This document shows positions 41,716 to 49,830 of a DNA stretch of 64,000 nucleotides, one piece after another; position 1 is the stretch's first letter, and each line of letters opens with the position of its first letter. Under the pieces are notes generated by a model. That model searched no databases, had not been told where the DNA came from, and saw nothing but the letters and a program-made list of their open reading frames with translations. The DNA lies in IMG/VR virus record IMGVR_UViG_3300027712_000018, one strand, 5' to 3'. This DNA comes from a virus. Position numbers and translations under genes: made by a program.

Positions 41716-42692
41716 TAGTGTATCCCCGTAACATTTTTAACCCAATCGAGACTTTGGTTAGCAAAATCTCCGATATAAGAAGATTTGAGATTTTGAGTAA
41801 CACCATAATCATTAGCGGTATGAATGTTAACTTCCGTCAATTCCATTGCTAATTCTACAACAACTGGCTTACCACCTTTAAACACGTTAAGTTGATCGCC
41901 ACCATTATATCTAACATTGAATGATGTAATGAAAGCGGGTTTTAATTTATAGTAATACTCTTGGTCAATACCTAAAAAAGATATGTTTGCTAAATGGGGA
42001 TACTTCAATAGATTGTGAGCAGATCCATATCCGGAAACCGCAATATATTCTGGTAATATGTTTTTTTTAATCGTTGCGACAATATCTTTTATGGCATCTG
42101 AGTCGTCTCTATTTGAGGCCGACAAACGCCAACTGAATGAGTGGGTTTTTAACTTGACGCCTTTGAATTCCATTGTTTCATATGGGTTGATGGCTGCACC
42201 GTTTAAAAGACTTCCTGTGGTTCCCGTATCAACACCAGCAATAATTCCAGCGCCTGCCAGAATTGCACCCGCCCCTGCCAAAAAGCCGTTGTTAGAACTG
42301 GATAAAGCATTACCAGCAGCCAATGCAGTCTTTTGAATGATATCTGCATAGTATCGTACATCGGCGGATGCGGAGTCGCCATTGACCCAAGAATCTTTAC
42401 CACCACGCATACCCATCACGAATGATGCCAAACCAGCATCTGCGGAAGATATTTCAAGACCAGTGGTATCGTTTAGTTGCAATGGTAACGGAAGAACAAT
42501 AGTTTCTTTGTTTATCTCATTTTTCCCACCAGCACCAGCATTGACATCGCCGTATGAGTATTCTTTGAAACCCAAGATCATCAGATAAGGAATGGCTTCA
42601 GATTTTGGAAACTTATGAATCACCGTTCCAACTTGACTGTTTCTTCTGCTTTTTGATATAACATCTCTTGGATTTTCAATGAATCCCGACAT
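41715..42692 (-). CDS. gp48: Baseplate tail-tube cap gp48
   Basis: IVLPLP, INPY..MEFKGV.LKTHSFSW.L and LLKYP...PVVVELAMELTEV. Confidence 0.8.
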   Translation of the reverse strand: MSGFIENPRDVISKSRRNSQVGTVIHKFPKSEAIPYLMILGFKEYSYGDVNAGAGGKNEINKETIVLPLPLQLNDTTGLEISSADAGLASFVMGMRGGKDSWVNGDSASADVRYYADIIQKTALAAGNALSSSNNGFLAGAGAILAGAGIIAGVDTGTTGSLLNGAAINPYETMEFKGVKLKTHSFSWRLSASNRDDSDAIKDIVATIKKNILPEYIAVSGYGSAHNLLKYPHLANISFLGIDQEYYYKLKPAFITSFNVRYNGGDQLNVFKGGKPVVVELAMELTEVNIHTANDYGVTQNLKSSYIGDFANQSLDWVKNVTGIH

Positions 42693-42704
42693 TTCCTAAT
42701 CCTT

Positions 42705-42712
42705 TATAAATA
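42705..42712 (+). promoter_or_regulatory. T4-type late promoter TATAAATA (gp4 operon)
   Basis: Exact motif upstream of gp4. Confidence 0.85.
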
Positions 42713-42728
42713 CGTATAGGCTTTTAGT

Positions 42729-42736
42729 TATTTATA
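42729..42736 (-). promoter_or_regulatory. T4-type late promoter TATAAATA (gp48 baseplate operon)
   Basis: Exact motif on the - strand upstream of gp48. Confidence 0.85.
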
Positions 42737-42745
42737 TAGGTATCC

Positions 42746-43204
42746 ATGGCAACTCTTAAAGGTAGATTTAAACCAAACAACCCGTCTAAATACAGCGGCG
42801 ATCCTACTAACATTATTTATAGATCATCGTGGGAACTTAAGGTTATGATGTTTTTAGATTCACATCCAAATGTTTTGAAATGGAATTCGGAAGAAATTGT
42901 TATACCATATGAAAGCCCAGTTGACGGAAGAATTCACCGATACTTTCCCGACTTCTTTGTAGAACAAATAAATAAGGATGGTAAGAGAGAAAAGGTTTTG
43001 ATTGAAGTCAAGCCTAAACATCAGACTATCGCACCTAGTGTCGGCAATAAAATGACACCAAAAGGTATGATCAGTAAGAAGTATCTGAATGAAGTTATGA
43101 CATATGGCATCAATCAAGCCAAGTGGACATCAGCTCGAAAAATATGCAAAGATCGTGGTTGGAAGTTCCAAATCATGACAGAAGATCATTTAGGGATTAA
43201 GTAA
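42746..43204 (+). CDS. gp4: Head completion nuclease gp4
   Basis: GRFKPNNPSKYSGDPTNIIYRSSWE, WNSEEIVIPY, HRYFPDF, IEVKP and NQAKW. Confidence 0.92.
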   Translation: MATLKGRFKPNNPSKYSGDPTNIIYRSSWELKVMMFLDSHPNVLKWNSEEIVIPYESPVDGRIHRYFPDFFVEQINKDGKREKVLIEVKPKHQTIAPSVGNKMTPKGMISKKYLNEVMTYGINQAKWTSARKICKDRGWKFQIMTEDHLGIK

Positions 43205-43800
43205 TGGCATTAGTATTTGATACAATTCTGAATCAGGGCGTTCGTGGGGGTCAGATCCCTGCACGAACCCAAGAAGCACGTGATTGGTATCGTAACACTG
43301 CTAAAACGTATAGCAATGTGACTGAGAACCAATTCCTCAAGGGAGCCGAGGCAACAAGGTTCAGTAACACCCCCATGGTCGGTCAGATGTATATGTTTCG
43401 ATACAACGCCAAATGGAAGGACGAACTGCCATATTGGGATAAGTTCCCGTTGGTGTTTCCCTTTAAAAAGATCAAGGGTGGATTTCTTGGCCTGAACATG
43501 CACTACCTACCCCTGAACTACAGAGCTCAGTTGATGGATGCATTGTATACGGTGACGAACAACCAACTGTATAACGAGACCACCAAACTCAAATTGAATT
43601 ACGACATTCTGAATGGTGTTTCCAAGTTCAGATATTTCAAACCAACAATCAAGCACTATCTGTCAGATCATTTGACGAGTAGATTCTTATATGTATATCC
43701 TGCTGAATGGGATATGGCTCTGTTTCTACCACTTGAGAAATTCCAAAAAGCAAACAAACAGGAAGTCTGGAAAGACTCAAGAAAGATTATAGGTCGTTAA
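43204..43800 (+). CDS. gp2: DNA end protector gp2
   Basis: GQMYMFRY.AK.KD.LPYWDKFPLV, GLNMHYLP and W..ALFLP.EKF. Confidence 0.92.
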   Translation: MALVFDTILNQGVRGGQIPARTQEARDWYRNTAKTYSNVTENQFLKGAEATRFSNTPMVGQMYMFRYNAKWKDELPYWDKFPLVFPFKKIKGGFLGLNMHYLPLNYRAQLMDALYTVTNNQLYNETTKLKLNYDILNGVSKFRYFKPTIKHYLSDHLTSRFLYVYPAEWDMALFLPLEKFQKANKQEVWKDSRKIIGR

Positions 43801-44451
43801 ATGCCATTCAATTTATCCCAATTTAGAAGTTCTATAAACAATAACGGTATTGCTAAGACCAACACTTATGAGGTAATCATTGGAGTTACTTCATCATTAC
43901 AAAATATCGCCAACGTCACGATGCCAATTACCAGTGAGTTGACTCTGAGATGTCAGTCTATTCAATTACCCGAAATCGACTTGATGACGTTGCCATACTA
44001 CCCAAAAGTAATCGGGGGTGGTGAACGCCGAGTTGTTGGTATCAATCAATTCAAAGTCATTCCAATGGAGTTTATCGTTGACACCGATATGCGGATTGTT
44101 CAGTTCTTTCAGAATTGGTTACAAGGTATTGTCAACTACTATTCGCCTCCTGGTTATAACTTTAATGCCATCAACGATATCCAATTACCATATGAGCTAT
44201 CATACAGAGACGAATATGCTGTTCAGGTAACCATCAACGTCTATCCTCAAGGTATGATTAACGGTGACGAGACACCGCAGACCTATCAACTATTCAGAGC
44301 CTTTCCGATAAACATGGGTAACATCACACTGAGTTATGCGGATGAGAACAAACACATGATTCTTCCAATCGGTTTCACATACGATTCGATTGAAGCATCA
44401 GGTTTGAAAAGAGGCCTTAATCTATCAGACATCACAACTGGATCATTATAA
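43801..44451 (+). CDS. Tail tube initiator / tube-like protein (gp54/gp19 family)
   Basis: GIAKTNTYEV, LRCQSIQLP, FFQNW and YQLFRAFPINMGNITLSY tube-fold pattern. Confidence 0.7.
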   Translation: MPFNLSQFRSSINNNGIAKTNTYEVIIGVTSSLQNIANVTMPITSELTLRCQSIQLPEIDLMTLPYYPKVIGGGERRVVGINQFKVIPMEFIVDTDMRIVQFFQNWLQGIVNYYSPPGYNFNAINDIQLPYELSYRDEYAVQVTINVYPQGMINGDETPQTYQLFRAFPINMGNITLSYADENKHMILPIGFTYDSIEASGLKRGLNLSDITTGSL

Positions 44452-44469
44452 CAAAGAGAGAACTAAATT

Positions 44470-45165
44470 ATGAGTTTGCCTAAAATTGATTTGCCACTAT
44501 TCGAACTAACACTTCCGTCTACTGGCAAGAAGTTAAAGTATAGACCTTTTAATGTTCGTGAAGAAAAGATTCTTCTGTTAGCACAAGAATCCAATGACTT
44601 GGATCAGATCGTCTTAGCAATTAAACAGATCATTACCAACTGTGTTGTCGATATTGATGTTGACACTTTGCCTATGTTTGACTTAGAGTATATCCTTATA
44701 CACATCAGATCAAAGTCTGTCAACAACGAAATTGAATTCAGCATAATAGACGCCGAGACCGAAGAGAGCATCAAACTCAAACTCGACTTGAATACCGTCG
44801 AATTAAAGATCAATGAGAAACACACTAAGAAGATTGCCATCAACGACGACTACACCCTTATCATGAAATACCCAACGATTGATCAGATCAAAGAACTGCG
44901 TGAATCAGAAGACTCCGACTACGAACTGATGGTTGGCTCGATTGATATGTTGATCAGTAATGATGGTGACAAGATCTATAAGTTCTCTGAGTTCTCTAAG
45001 GCCGAAGTGACGACCTTTATTGAAGACCTCAATGCCAAAACGGTCGGTGATATCAAGTTCTTCTTTGAGACACTCCCCGTGTTACGTGTCGAATTTCAAT
45101 ATAAGAACAATCTAGGCAACGACAGAACCTTTGTATTGGAGGGACTGAACAGTTTTTTTATCTAA
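44470..45165 (+). CDS. gp26: Baseplate hub assembly chaperone gp26
   Basis: MSLPKIDLPLFELTLPSTGK..KYRPFNVREEKILL, FDLEYILIHIRSKSV, MKYPT; ends EGLNSFF. Confidence 0.9.
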   Translation: MSLPKIDLPLFELTLPSTGKKLKYRPFNVREEKILLLAQESNDLDQIVLAIKQIITNCVVDIDVDTLPMFDLEYILIHIRSKSVNNEIEFSIIDAETEESIKLKLDLNTVELKINEKHTKKIAINDDYTLIMKYPTIDQIKELRESEDSDYELMVGSIDMLISNDGDKIYKFSEFSKAEVTTFIEDLNAKTVGDIKFFFETLPVLRVEFQYKNNLGNDRTFVLEGLNSFFI

Positions 45166-45196
45166 TGGTGAGTCACAGTGATCTGGCTCACTATTA
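45138..45196 (+). other. Putative programmed -1 ribosomal frameshift signal (SD + T_TTT_TTT + hairpin)
   Basis: GGAGG 45138-45142; heptamer T TTT TTT 45153-45159 in the gp26 frame; 13-bp stem-loop 45163-45196; -1 frame open into gp51. Confidence 0.7.
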
Positions 45197-45329
45197 TAAA
45201 AACAACTTTTCTTTGATGCAATACCATAAATATTCACTGAACGATATAGAGAATATGATACCCTACGAACGTGATCTGTACATTACCATGCTGATAGAAT
45301 CACTAGAAAGAGATAAAGTAAATGGCTGA
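45165..45329 (+). CDS. gp51: gp51-like baseplate hub assembly domain (54 aa; missing from ORF track)
   Basis: Manual translation MVSHSDLAHYYKNNFSLMQYHKYSLNDIENMIPYERDLYITMLIESLERDKVNG, the conserved small gp51 of T4-like phages. Confidence 0.85.
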   Translation: MVSHSDLAHYYKNNFSLMQYHKYSLNDIENMIPYERDLYITMLIESLERDKVNG

Positions 45330-46872
45330 AGAACCGTCAAAGATTAAAGATCTACTCGCAGCAGTCAATGCTAGCAGTGGTGTCAATAAACTTGGCATCA
45401 AAGTTGATTACGCTGCTGGTTCAATGCTCGAAGGCAGTTTAAACGAGTTAAAACACTCTGCGAAGTTGCAAGTCGAATACTTAAGTCAATTGGTTGGGTT
45501 TCAAGAACAATCTCTCAAAGATGCCAGATTGAAAAGTGTTCAGGGTGACAGTACTGAGAAACTTCAAGACAAAAAGGGAATCGGGTCTGATCTGGCGAAC
45601 GCTGGTAAGGCGGGTCTAGATGCTGCATTTGCTGCTGGTGGACCATTCGGCGCTTTGGTTGGTTTGATGATAAACGGTCTTATTGGTGCAACATTGGCAT
45701 ACAAAGCCGTTAAACCGTCAAATGCCAGAGAAAATGCCGAACTAACGACAGAAAAGAAAGTTAAAGAAACTAGGGCGCAGGCAGAGGAAAGAGCAAGAGC
45801 TAAAGCCGAAGCTGATGCAAAAAGAGCTAAATTAGAAGAGATAAGAGAATCTCAAGCGGCCGAATTAGAAGACGCTAGAGCTCGATCAAGAGCAGCTCGT
45901 GCGGCCGCCGAAGGTCCAAGAGTTTCAGAAAGAGGTGATCCATTACGAGGTAACGCAAAAAAGCTCCAACAAGCTAGATACGACAGAGAATTGGATGTGG
46001 CAGATAGATTAGAGTCTGAAAAACTCCGCAATCTTTCAAGTACCGATATGGCTCTTGATGCAACAAAGGGTGCTGGCGCTGTTGGCGATGTTGTCGCTAC
46101 AGAAAAAGGTGCGGGGGCTTTAGGTCTTGCAAAAGGCGCCAAAGGGCTTTTGAATCTGGCCGATAAGGTAGCATTACCTCTGCAAGCACTAATAACACTT
46201 TTGGATGTCACATCAGAAGAGAATAAAGATAGAAACAAATTAGGAGCAACTGTCAAAAGTTTAGCAGGGAGCTTTACTGGACTTTTGGATTTGCTAGCAT
46301 ATGTTCCGGGTGTAAATAAAATTCCGGGTGTTGGTGGGGCTACTGAGGCTTTAAACAGTGGATATGATTATGTAGCTAATTCTGCCATTGGAACCGCCTA
46401 CGGTGATGTTATGAACGAAGTCGGGGAGAAAACGGGGCTTACATCAGTTTATCATGGCACCGTAGTGCCATTAGGAACTGGTGTACGAGCACTTGGTTCT
46501 GCCTATATGAATCATCTGGAAGCGGGCGATATGTCTCGAACGAACCCATATGGACCAGAAAATCCTTCAATGTTGGTGGCAAAAATGATTAAAGATTATA
46601 CGACAGATCCAGAAACTGGCGCTTTATTATCCCCTCAACAACTTGAAATGAAGCGTGAAATGTCTCGTCTTTCAGCACCACAATCTTCATCCACACCACC
46701 AATTGTCGTAGTCCCACCGCAATCACGACCAGACGGAGGCGGTTCTAATATTGTCAACTCACACAACACTCAGAACACTACGGTCATTCAGAAAAATGAC
46801 GCATCAACGAGTTTGGCTATGGGGTGGACCATGCTTGGCTATGGATTTGGTTCAATACCTATGGGGCAATAA
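45322..46872 (+). CDS. Probable tape-measure/hub protein (gp29-like)
   Basis: Follows gp26/gp51; Ala/Gly-rich helical sequence with charged stretch and hydrophobic segments; C-terminal NIVNSHNTQNTTV typical of T4-like TMPs. Confidence 0.6.
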   Translation: MAEEPSKIKDLLAAVNASSGVNKLGIKVDYAAGSMLEGSLNELKHSAKLQVEYLSQLVGFQEQSLKDARLKSVQGDSTEKLQDKKGIGSDLANAGKAGLDAAFAAGGPFGALVGLMINGLIGATLAYKAVKPSNARENAELTTEKKVKETRAQAEERARAKAEADAKRAKLEEIRESQAAELEDARARSRAARAAAEGPRVSERGDPLRGNAKKLQQARYDRELDVADRLESEKLRNLSSTDMALDATKGAGAVGDVVATEKGAGALGLAKGAKGLLNLADKVALPLQALITLLDVTSEENKDRNKLGATVKSLAGSFTGLLDLLAYVPGVNKIPGVGGATEALNSGYDYVANSAIGTAYGDVMNEVGEKTGLTSVYHGTVVPLGTGVRALGSAYMNHLEAGDMSRTNPYGPENPSMLVAKMIKDYTTDPETGALLSPQQLEMKREMSRLSAPQSSSTPPIVVVPPQSRPDGGGSNIVNSHNTQNTTVIQKNDASTSLAMGWTMLGYGFGSIPMGQ

Positions 46873-46875
46873 TGT

Positions 46876-46900
46876 AAAAAGGGAAGCTTTCGCTTCCCCC
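46876..46900 (-). terminator. Rho-independent terminator after gp32
   Basis: GGGAAGC-GAAA-GCTTCCC-TTTTT on the - strand between convergent genes. Confidence 0.8.
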
Positions 46901-46906
46901 TCTTGA

Positions 46907-47821
46907 TTAATCTTCTGCGAGTGTCTTGAAGAAACTCATATCTGGATCATCATCGTCAATGTCTGGAGATGGAGTCTCTGCCAGTTTAGGAGCTTGACGC
47001 TCTTTGAACTTAGGAGTATAATCCATCTCCTCGTCGTCCTCAGCAGCATTGCCTGTGGGTGCGTGGTTGCTGCCGTCAAGACCAAGAACCTTGTAGAACT
47101 TAGCCTTGAGTTCCTCATAAGACTTGAAGTTTTTAGGATCGACGATCTCTTTGAGGGAGTGTTCCTGCTTGTAGACCGATTCAAGGGCATCATCATCAGT
47201 CAGCAATGGACCCTTGGCCATAAAGTCTGACTTGTCGTAGTTCTGATAACCTTCATACTTGCGGATCTTAAGCTGGAAGTTTGCTCCTTCCCACAGATCA
47301 AATGGGTTAATCTTTTCTTCACCGTATTGTGGTGCCATCAAATCCTTGAGCTTCTCAAAGATCTTCTTACCATACTTATACAAGAATACCTTGCCTTCGT
47401 TCGAAGGATCGGCGGGGTCTTTTACGATGTAGATGTTTGAGTAGTAGTTCTCACGGCGCTTCTGCTTACGTACTTGTTTACGTGCAGGCGAATCGTCATC
47501 CTTGGTGGAGTTCCAAAGCTCGGAGTTGAACTCAGAAACAGGGTCAGGAAGACCTAGAGTGGTGAGTGAGTTCTCAATGTAGTAGATGCCGTTTGGTCCT
47601 TGAAAGCCGTGATCCCAACGGCGAACCCAAGGCATATCTTCGCCTTCTGGTGGGGGAAGGAAACGAATGACTGCATAACCGTTGCCAGCCTTATCGACTG
47701 CTGGTTTCCAATACTTTTCGGAGTCGTCGTTGTAACTTGACTTGCCCATCTTGGACAGTTGATCGTTCAGGTTCGACATAGCCGAAGAACGATTCTTTTT
47801 GAGGTCTGCGAAATTAACCAT
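46907..47821 (-). CDS. gp32: Single-stranded DNA-binding protein gp32
   Basis: WKP.VDKAGNGYAVIRFLP, HGFQGP..YIENSLTT, YKYGKKIF, NPFDLWEGANF.LKIR and acidic tail. Confidence 0.95.
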   Translation of the reverse strand: MVNFADLKKNRSSAMSNLNDQLSKMGKSSYNDDSEKYWKPAVDKAGNGYAVIRFLPPPEGEDMPWVRRWDHGFQGPNGIYYIENSLTTLGLPDPVSEFNSELWNSTKDDDSPARKQVRKQKRRENYYSNIYIVKDPADPSNEGKVFLYKYGKKIFEKLKDLMAPQYGEEKINPFDLWEGANFQLKIRKYEGYQNYDKSDFMAKGPLLTDDDALESVYKQEHSLKEIVDPKNFKSYEELKAKFYKVLGLDGSNHAPTGNAAEDDEEMDYTPKFKERQAPKLAETPSPDIDDDDPDMSFFKTLAED

Positions 47822-47831
47822 AGTGTTATCC

Positions 47832-48443
47832 TTATGTTGCGGAATATTGCGATGTATTACGGAATGTGTTTACGATTGTAGTCTTTACTTTGTCTGCGTC
47901 AAATGTCAGAAACGGTCTGTACTTAACGCATTGTCTCTTTATATCAGGCCAGATGATTTTGTCAACTAGTTTTTTGTCCCAATATCGAAAAACATTTGTC
48001 ACTTCGTTTATCATAATCAAGGTCTCAGGGTGAATCTGTTTTGATTGATACGCTCTGAGGATCTTTGGATGTTGACCGTCTTTTGATAACAGATTGGTAT
48101 CGAAGTTTTCATCCAAATTATTTATATCCTGTTGTAAGACATACATCAATGATTGCTGAACTTTCTTCCAATCACTGTATATCTTTTCAGTCTTTTCATC
48201 GCCTAGATCACCAATCCATAGAGAAGGATTACGTACCATGTTGGCTAGGATATAGTCTTTTGCATCTGATCGCTTTGCAAGCTTGTAGAAGAAGAACTTG
48301 TCCTTCCTGTTCTCGAATGCGAGAGATGATACGTTTACCTTACCGTTATACTTGAAGAAGTCATAATCGGTGTTGAAGTGCCGTTTTAGGGCAAGGTAGT
48401 ATACGTACAGTTCGAAGGCGTCTTTTGTTGAGTAGATGCTCAT
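47832..48443 (-). CDS. gp59: Helicase loader gp59
   Basis: YLALKRHF..YDFFKYNGKV...F..RKDKFFFYKLAK; adjacent to gp32. Confidence 0.9.
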   Translation of the reverse strand: MSIYSTKDAFELYVYYLALKRHFNTDYDFFKYNGKVNVSSLAFENRKDKFFFYKLAKRSDAKDYILANMVRNPSLWIGDLGDEKTEKIYSDWKKVQQSLMYVLQQDINNLDENFDTNLLSKDGQHPKILRAYQSKQIHPETLIMINEVTNVFRYWDKKLVDKIIWPDIKRQCVKYRPFLTFDADKVKTTIVNTFRNTSQYSAT

Positions 48444-48670
48444 ACTGGTAATTTTGATGTCTTTTCTGCCATAAGGTTTAAAGTCTCGGCTTGTTCTCGA
48501 ACCTTCGACTTAAGAACGACTGAACGTCTAATGATTTCTCCAATCAATTCAATTTCGACATTATGTATTTCAGAATAATGAACCAAGGCATCAATAAGTG
48601 TAACATCCTTATTGACATAATTCTCAACTTCTTTTAGAATGACTTCTGCTGTTAATTGCATATTACTCAT
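48440..48670 (-). CDS. gp33: Late promoter co-activator gp33
   Basis: IDALVHYSE..NVEIE...LKSKVREQAETLNL...SKLPV; gp33-gp59-gp32 synteny. Confidence 0.85.
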   Translation of the reverse strand: MSNMQLTAEVILKEVENYVNKDVTLIDALVHYSEIHNVEIELIGEIIRRSVVLKSKVREQAETLNLMAEKTSKLPV

Positions 48671-48866
48671 TCAGAGTTTTAATGCCGAGTGCCCAGTTTT
48701 CAGCAGCGTCTTCTACATAATGAAGTGATTTACCCTCGAAGCTTTCGGTCTTGAACAGATCACCATTTGCATTGTGGAAATGAATTGAGTATCCACTATC
48801 TTCTTTGACTACTTCGGCTCTTGCTCTAGAGTTGTTGTTCTCATAGAATGTTGATATTAGTTGCAT
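48663..48866 (-). CDS. Conserved hypothetical protein
   Basis: SLHYVEDAAENWALG motif common in T4-like phages; AGGGG RBS. Confidence 0.6.
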   Translation of the reverse strand: MQLISTFYENNNSRARAEVVKEDSGYSIHFHNANGDLFKTESFEGKSLHYVEDAAENWALGIKTLNE

Positions 48867-48891
48867 GGTTTCCCCTTATAATGTACAGTTT

Positions 48892-48913
48892 GGGGAGTGC
48901 CGAAACACTCCCC
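48892..48913 (-). terminator. UUCG stem-loop (terminator or stabiliser) after the OMP gene
   Basis: GGGGAGTGT-TTCG-GCACTCCCC; no U-tract follows on the - strand. Confidence 0.55.
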
Positions 48914-48920
48914 TTATTGA

Positions 48921-49286
48921 TTAGAACTTAAGTTCAGCGCCGATAATAGCACCATCAAAGTTAAAGTCAGCATCTGAAGTAGACTTGACGTATGTCACAA
49001 GATCCAACTTTCCTGTTGGGTAGTATTCGACGCCTACAGTGGCTCCAGCGAAGACGATATCCTGTAGATCAACATCAGTGTTAACATACACTGAGAGACC
49101 TTCTGCGGGGACGTAACGCAGTTCGGGAGTGGCTGTGGTAGTCCATAGTTCGACGCTGGTGTCGTACTCCACGACGATATCGTTATTAAACTGAACACCA
49201 GTTTTACCTAGATCAACTGCGAATGCAGAGCCAGCGGCAAGTACAAGTGCGGTTACGGTCATAAGAAAAGTTTTCATCATTGTCAT
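48921..49286 (-). CDS. Small exported beta-barrel outer-membrane-like protein
   Basis: Signal peptide MKTFLMTVTALVLAAGSAFA; alternating beta-strand pattern; C-terminal GAELKF. Confidence 0.65.
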   Translation of the reverse strand: MTMMKTFLMTVTALVLAAGSAFAVDLGKTGVQFNNDIVVEYDTSVELWTTTATPELRYVPAEGLSVYVNTDVDLQDIVFAGATVGVEYYPTGKLDLVTYVKSTSDADFNFDGAIIGAELKF

Positions 49287-49302
49287 CCTATATTGTTTGT
49301 GT

Positions 49303-49605
49303 TGGTGATGGGATTCTGTTTCAAGGTTCCCATCGGACCCATGTAGATTAGGCCGCTAGGGCGTAAGCTACAGGTGCGAAATTTTCATTTGCATTTGTAA
49401 TTTTCTTCGCATTAACCCAGCTTAGATCGGGGTAGCTCCATCCTGCCTAGTTCGCCTGTCGATCCTGTTTTACCCCCAGCAAAGATACACCACATGCGAC
49501 TTCCATATTGGCTGCAACCCTGTTAACAAGGCCGAGTGTATCCGTGGTGGAGGTAACGGGTACTGCCCCCGTGTCCAGAACGTGTTCAGTGAATATCATC
49601 ACTAC
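49303..49605 (-). ncRNA. ssrA: Circularly permuted (two-piece) tmRNA
   Basis: Acceptor piece ACGGG-GGCAGTA-CCCGT-TACCTCCACCA ends at 49545; coding piece starts GGGGGTA at 49477 (7-bp acceptor stem with G3:U70); tag ANENFAPVAYALAA* at 49392-49348; outer ends approximate. Confidence 0.93.
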
Positions 49606-49610
49606 AAGGT

Positions 49611-49618
49611 TATTTATA
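49611..49618 (-). promoter_or_regulatory. T4-type late promoter driving tmRNA
   Basis: Exact TATAAATA immediately upstream of the tmRNA acceptor piece. Confidence 0.85.
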
Positions 49619-49644
49619 ACATAGGAAATAACATCTGTCAAGCG

Positions 49645-49830
49645 TTATCCACGATCATATCGTCTAATCTTCTCTTCATGTGTCATATGTCGTTTAACAT
49701 ACTCTTCAGGAACCTTACCGATACCTACGACACGATCCCATTCACGTTGGGTGTACGTAGCTTGATCCCAAGGTAATTGGGTATAAGTAGATTCGACGGT
49801 AATAGTGTCATTTTCGTCTTTTTTATCCAT
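49645..49830 (-). CDS. Hypothetical protein
   Basis: 61-aa ORF coupled to the upstream gene; YTQREWDRVVG motif. Confidence 0.5.
   Translation of the reverse strand: MDKKDENDTITVESTYTQLPWDQATYTQREWDRVVGIGKVPEEYVKRHMTHEEKIRRYDRG

Noticed and set aside
2665-42588. Numerous + strand ORFs (60-240 aa) antisense to structural genes
   Set aside because: They are Val/Pro/Ala-rich mirror translations of Thr/Gly/Asn-rich coding strands, with no RBS or promoter support.
49545-49575. Stand-alone tRNA gene
   Set aside because: Only a T-arm and acceptor 3' strand are present, and they belong to the permuted tmRNA. No complete cloverleaf was seen in the window.
49447-49641. 64-aa ORF in the track
   Set aside because: It overlaps the tmRNA acceptor piece and its promoter; a shadow ORF.
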